Positions 59,301-62,657 of a stretch of DNA of 62,657 nt are shown here, in pieces. Source of the DNA: Macrostomum lignano (taxonomy: Eukaryota). Each line of letters begins with the position of its first letter. Positions within the stretch are counted from its first letter, which is position 1. The translations under genes were made by a program, and so were the position numbers. The DNA lies in contig NIVC01004055.1 of NCBI GenBank assembly GCA_002269645.1, forward strand, positions 1-62,657. Reading direction: 5' to 3'. The notes under the pieces are model-generated. The model searched no databases, was not told the DNA's origin, and saw only the letters and a program-made list of their open reading frames with translations.

Positions 59301-62300
59301 AGGGGCGTGGGGGCGGCCAGCCCCCACTACTATACCACTAGACTAACTAATGCCAGGGGCGTGGGGGGCGGCCAGCCCCCACTATACCACTTAGACTAAC
59401 TAATGCCAGGGGCGTGGGGCGGCCAGCCCCCACTATACCACTAGACTAACTAATGCCAGGGGCGTGGGGGGCGGCTAGCCCCCCTATACCACTAGACTAA
59501 CTAATGCCAGGGGCGTGGGGGGCGGCTAGCCCCCCACTATACCACTAGACTAACTAATGCCAGGGGCGTGGGGGGCGGCCAGCCCCCCACTATACCACTT
59601 AGACTAACTAATGCCAGGGGCATGGGGGGCGGCCAGCCCCCCACTATACCACTAGACTAACTAATGCCAGGGGCGTGGGGGCGGCCAGCCCCCACTATAC
59701 CACTAGACTAACTAATGCCAGGGGCGTGGGGGGCGGCTAGCCCCCCACTATACCACTATACCACTAGACTAACTAATGCCAGGGGCGTGGGGGGCGGCCA
59801 GCCCCCCACTATACCACTAGACTAACTAATGCCAGGGGCGTGGGGGGCGGCCAGCCCCCCACTATACCACTATACACTAGACTAACTAATGCCAGGGGCG
59901 TGGGGGCGGCTAGCCCCCCACTATACCACTATACCACTAGACTAACTAATGCCAGGGCGTGGGGGGCGGCCAGCCCCCACTATACCACTAGACTAACTAA
60001 TGCCAGGGGCGTGGGGGGCGGCCAGCCCCCACTATACCACTAGACTAACTAATGCCAGGGGCGTGGGGGGCGGCCAGTCCCCCACTATACCACTAGACTA
60101 ACTAATGCCAGGGGCGTGGGGGGCGGCCAGCCCCCACTATACCACTAGACTAACTAATGCCAGGGGCGTGGGGGCTTTTAGCTCTCAATTTAGGTTAAAT
60201 AAATAGATGTCATAGCCATAAACAATAATGGACACAATATATACCCATCGTCCACCTTTGAAGACGACAGCGTCTTCATTCACTAGTTGTGGGACGATGA
60301 GCCAGTAAGTGGCATAGAAAAAATGCGAGCGAAGCGAGAATTTTTTTCTATGGTGCTTACTTTTGCGAAATCGTCCCTGATAAGATTGGGTAACGGTGTC
60401 ACATAGGAAAATGACGTTTTTCAACTTTGAAACGCTGCGCATAAAAAACGGTACGACCGATTTACAAACGGTTTTTGCCAAAATGCGTCAAAGACCTAGG
60501 GCTAACAGATCCGCAGTGTTTGGTTGTCATGGCGACGCGTTTTGGTTGCCATGGCAACCAAAAACTGCGTTTTTTCGACATTGTCAAAAAATTTGATCTC
60601 AAAAAATAAGGATTGAGAATATGGCAGCGCTTAGCGAGTGGCTCAGCAGACGCGGGCATTCGAACGCTAAAATGATCCGAAATGGATTTTTTGATTGTAC
60701 TTTCACTTACAGGTAAAAGTACAAAAAACGTGTTTTTTGAGGTCGAAAAATTGGCATTTTTTTCAACTTTGCCTCACCGCAGCGAAAAGGACGCGCTTTC
60801 GCGCGGCCTTTGAGCTGCTCCTAGCCTTAAAACACTTAGGCTGTCTGATGCGCTGTAGTTTTTTTGGCTAAAATGTACTTTTCACATGGCTGCCTATCTG
60901 CACTTTAAAAGTACAAATTTTTAGTGCACTTTTTGAGGCCTATGGCGTCGAGATGGAAAACTTTTTTTTTAATATTTCTACACCAAATTACTCAAATGGA
61001 TGTCTTCTATTCGGAAACATTGAGATTTGGCCGATTGGGCCATCAATAACCTGCCAGGTGCCAAAGAGTGCCTAAAAACGACATTTTCGAAAAATTGGGT
61101 CACGTTTTTAAAAAGTAGTCCCAAAAAATAAGAAAGTGTTTTATGCTACGGTGTTGAGACTTTAACACAACGTGTCAAACATTTGGAAATTTGTTTTCCC
61201 AAATTTTCTAAGCATTTGGACCTACCTGTGCTGAGCAGTGACCCGGAAACCAGGGAAAAAGAGGCCGGGGGCTCTGCAGAAAATCAAACGTTGTTAAGGA
61301 AATTTTTTTAAAATGGGGCGAATTTTTTCGAGTGTAGTGTCAAATTGTAGCCCATCGGATGCCCTTTTGAATGACATAAGACACTCTGGAAAAAACCCCT
61401 GTTAACAGGTACTTTTTACCTGTTAAGTGAAAAACGGCCCATTTGGGGGTACAAACTTTGAAGTCGAAAAATAAGAAATTTTGCGCACCGATTTTTCTGC
61501 ATTTTCAATATTGTTTAGTCGAATAGCTAAAGTTTCACCGGTCATACGCCAATATGGCTGGAAAATTCGTATTTTTGAGCAAACTGCATCTGATTATTAA
61601 AAATGCAATTTTTCGGCCAATTTTTTGTACATGTTTTTCAACCTTGCCCGTACTGCAGCGAAAAGGACGCGCAATAGCGCGGCTTTTGAGCTGCTGCCTA
61701 ATGTCAACAACACCTGGGGCTTTTAGATGCGCTATAATTTTTTGGGCTAAAATGTACTTTTGACATGGCTGCCTATCTGCACTTTAAAAGTACAAACCGT
61801 TTGTGCACTTTAAAGAGGCTTATCCTATACAGATGCAAATCTTGATTTTTTCAATTTTTCAACCCAAATCACTCAAATGGATGTCTTTTATTCGGAAATG
61901 CTGAGATCTGCTTGATTGGGCCATTCATTGCTGCTCTATATGGCTACAAGGGTCAAAAACAGTGTTTTTGAAAATTTGGGTCACGTTTTCAAAAAGTAGT
62001 CTCCAAAAATAAGAAAGTGTTTTAAGCTACGGTGTTGAGACTTTAACACAACGTGTCAAACATATGGAAATTCGTTTTCCTAAATTTTCTAAGCATTTGG
62101 ACCTACCGTGCGGAGCAGTGACCCGGAAACCGGGGAAAAAAGAGGCCGGGGGACTCGACCAAAAAAACATATGTTGTTAAAGAAAAATTTTTATTACTGG
62201 GCGAATTTTTTCGAGTGTAGTGTCAAATTGTAGCCCATCGGATGCCCGTTCGAATGGCGCAAGACACTCTGGAAAAAATACCTGTTAACAGGTACTTTTT

Positions 62301-62657
62301 ACCTGTTAAGTGAAAAACGGCCCATTTGGGGTACAAACTTTGAAGTCGAAAAATAAGAAATTTTGCGCACCGATTTTTCTGCATTTTCAATATTGTTTAG
62401 TCGAATAGCTGAAGTTACACCGGTCATACGCCAATATGGCTGGAAAATTCGTATTTTTGAGAAAATTGGCTCCGAATTTTGAGTAGGCCATTTTTGGGCA
62501 AATTTTGAGCATACTTTTGCTAATAACTCTGCATTGGCGAGACCTAGAGACTCAAGTTTGGTGTCTAAAAACAGCATTATGGATGCACTAATGCAACTAA
62601 ATAAGTTTTGAAAACTGATTCTTAGGTTAACAGGTCTTAATACCTGTTTGAATACCT
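47384..62657 (+). mobile_element. Right head-to-tail array, units E10 (47384-51017), E11 (51018-54648), E12 (54649-60286), E13 (60287 to window end)
   Basis: Same junction with TT at 47384, 51018, 54649 and 60287. E10 closely matches E5; E12 closely matches E2. Confidence 0.85.
56770..60176 (+). repeat. ~52-bp minisatellite, roughly 64 copies (E12)
   Basis: Direct tandem repetition over ~3.4 kb. Confidence 0.95.

Overview
Eukaryotic (probably animal) DNA dominated by one rolling-circle transposon family of the Helitron2/Helentron type. Two head-to-tail arrays of 3.0-5.6 kb non-autonomous units (1-27047 and 47384-62657) flank a ~20 kb mostly unique block. Every unit junction reads CCATCGTCCCAC - 20-nt stem-loop - TTCACTAG|TT - GTGGGACGATG, i.e. 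3' subterminal inverted repeat, 3' hairpin, end, TT, then the next 5' subterminal inverted repeat. Each unit carries a long 5' fold-back, a pair of RFX X-box motifs 22 bp apart, ACCTGT/ACAGGT palindrome clusters, a tRNA-derived A/B-box module and one of two related hairpin minisatellites. The unit starting at 23875 has lost its 3' terminus (replaced by (AT)n at ~27047), and the next 3' terminus is at 47341-47383. That defines a candidate ~23.5 kb element containing an intact 2043-aa OTU-HUH(Rep)-PIF1 transposase (33722-39853, no endonuclease domain), a predicted small spliced gene just upstream, a predicted spliced Gly/RGG + CCHC gene near the 3' end, a mariner relic and several local repeats. 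All alignments were done by eye, so repeat boundaries are approximate. The host species cannot be identified from the sequence, and homopolymer indels suggest long-read errors and possible assembly issues in the arrays.
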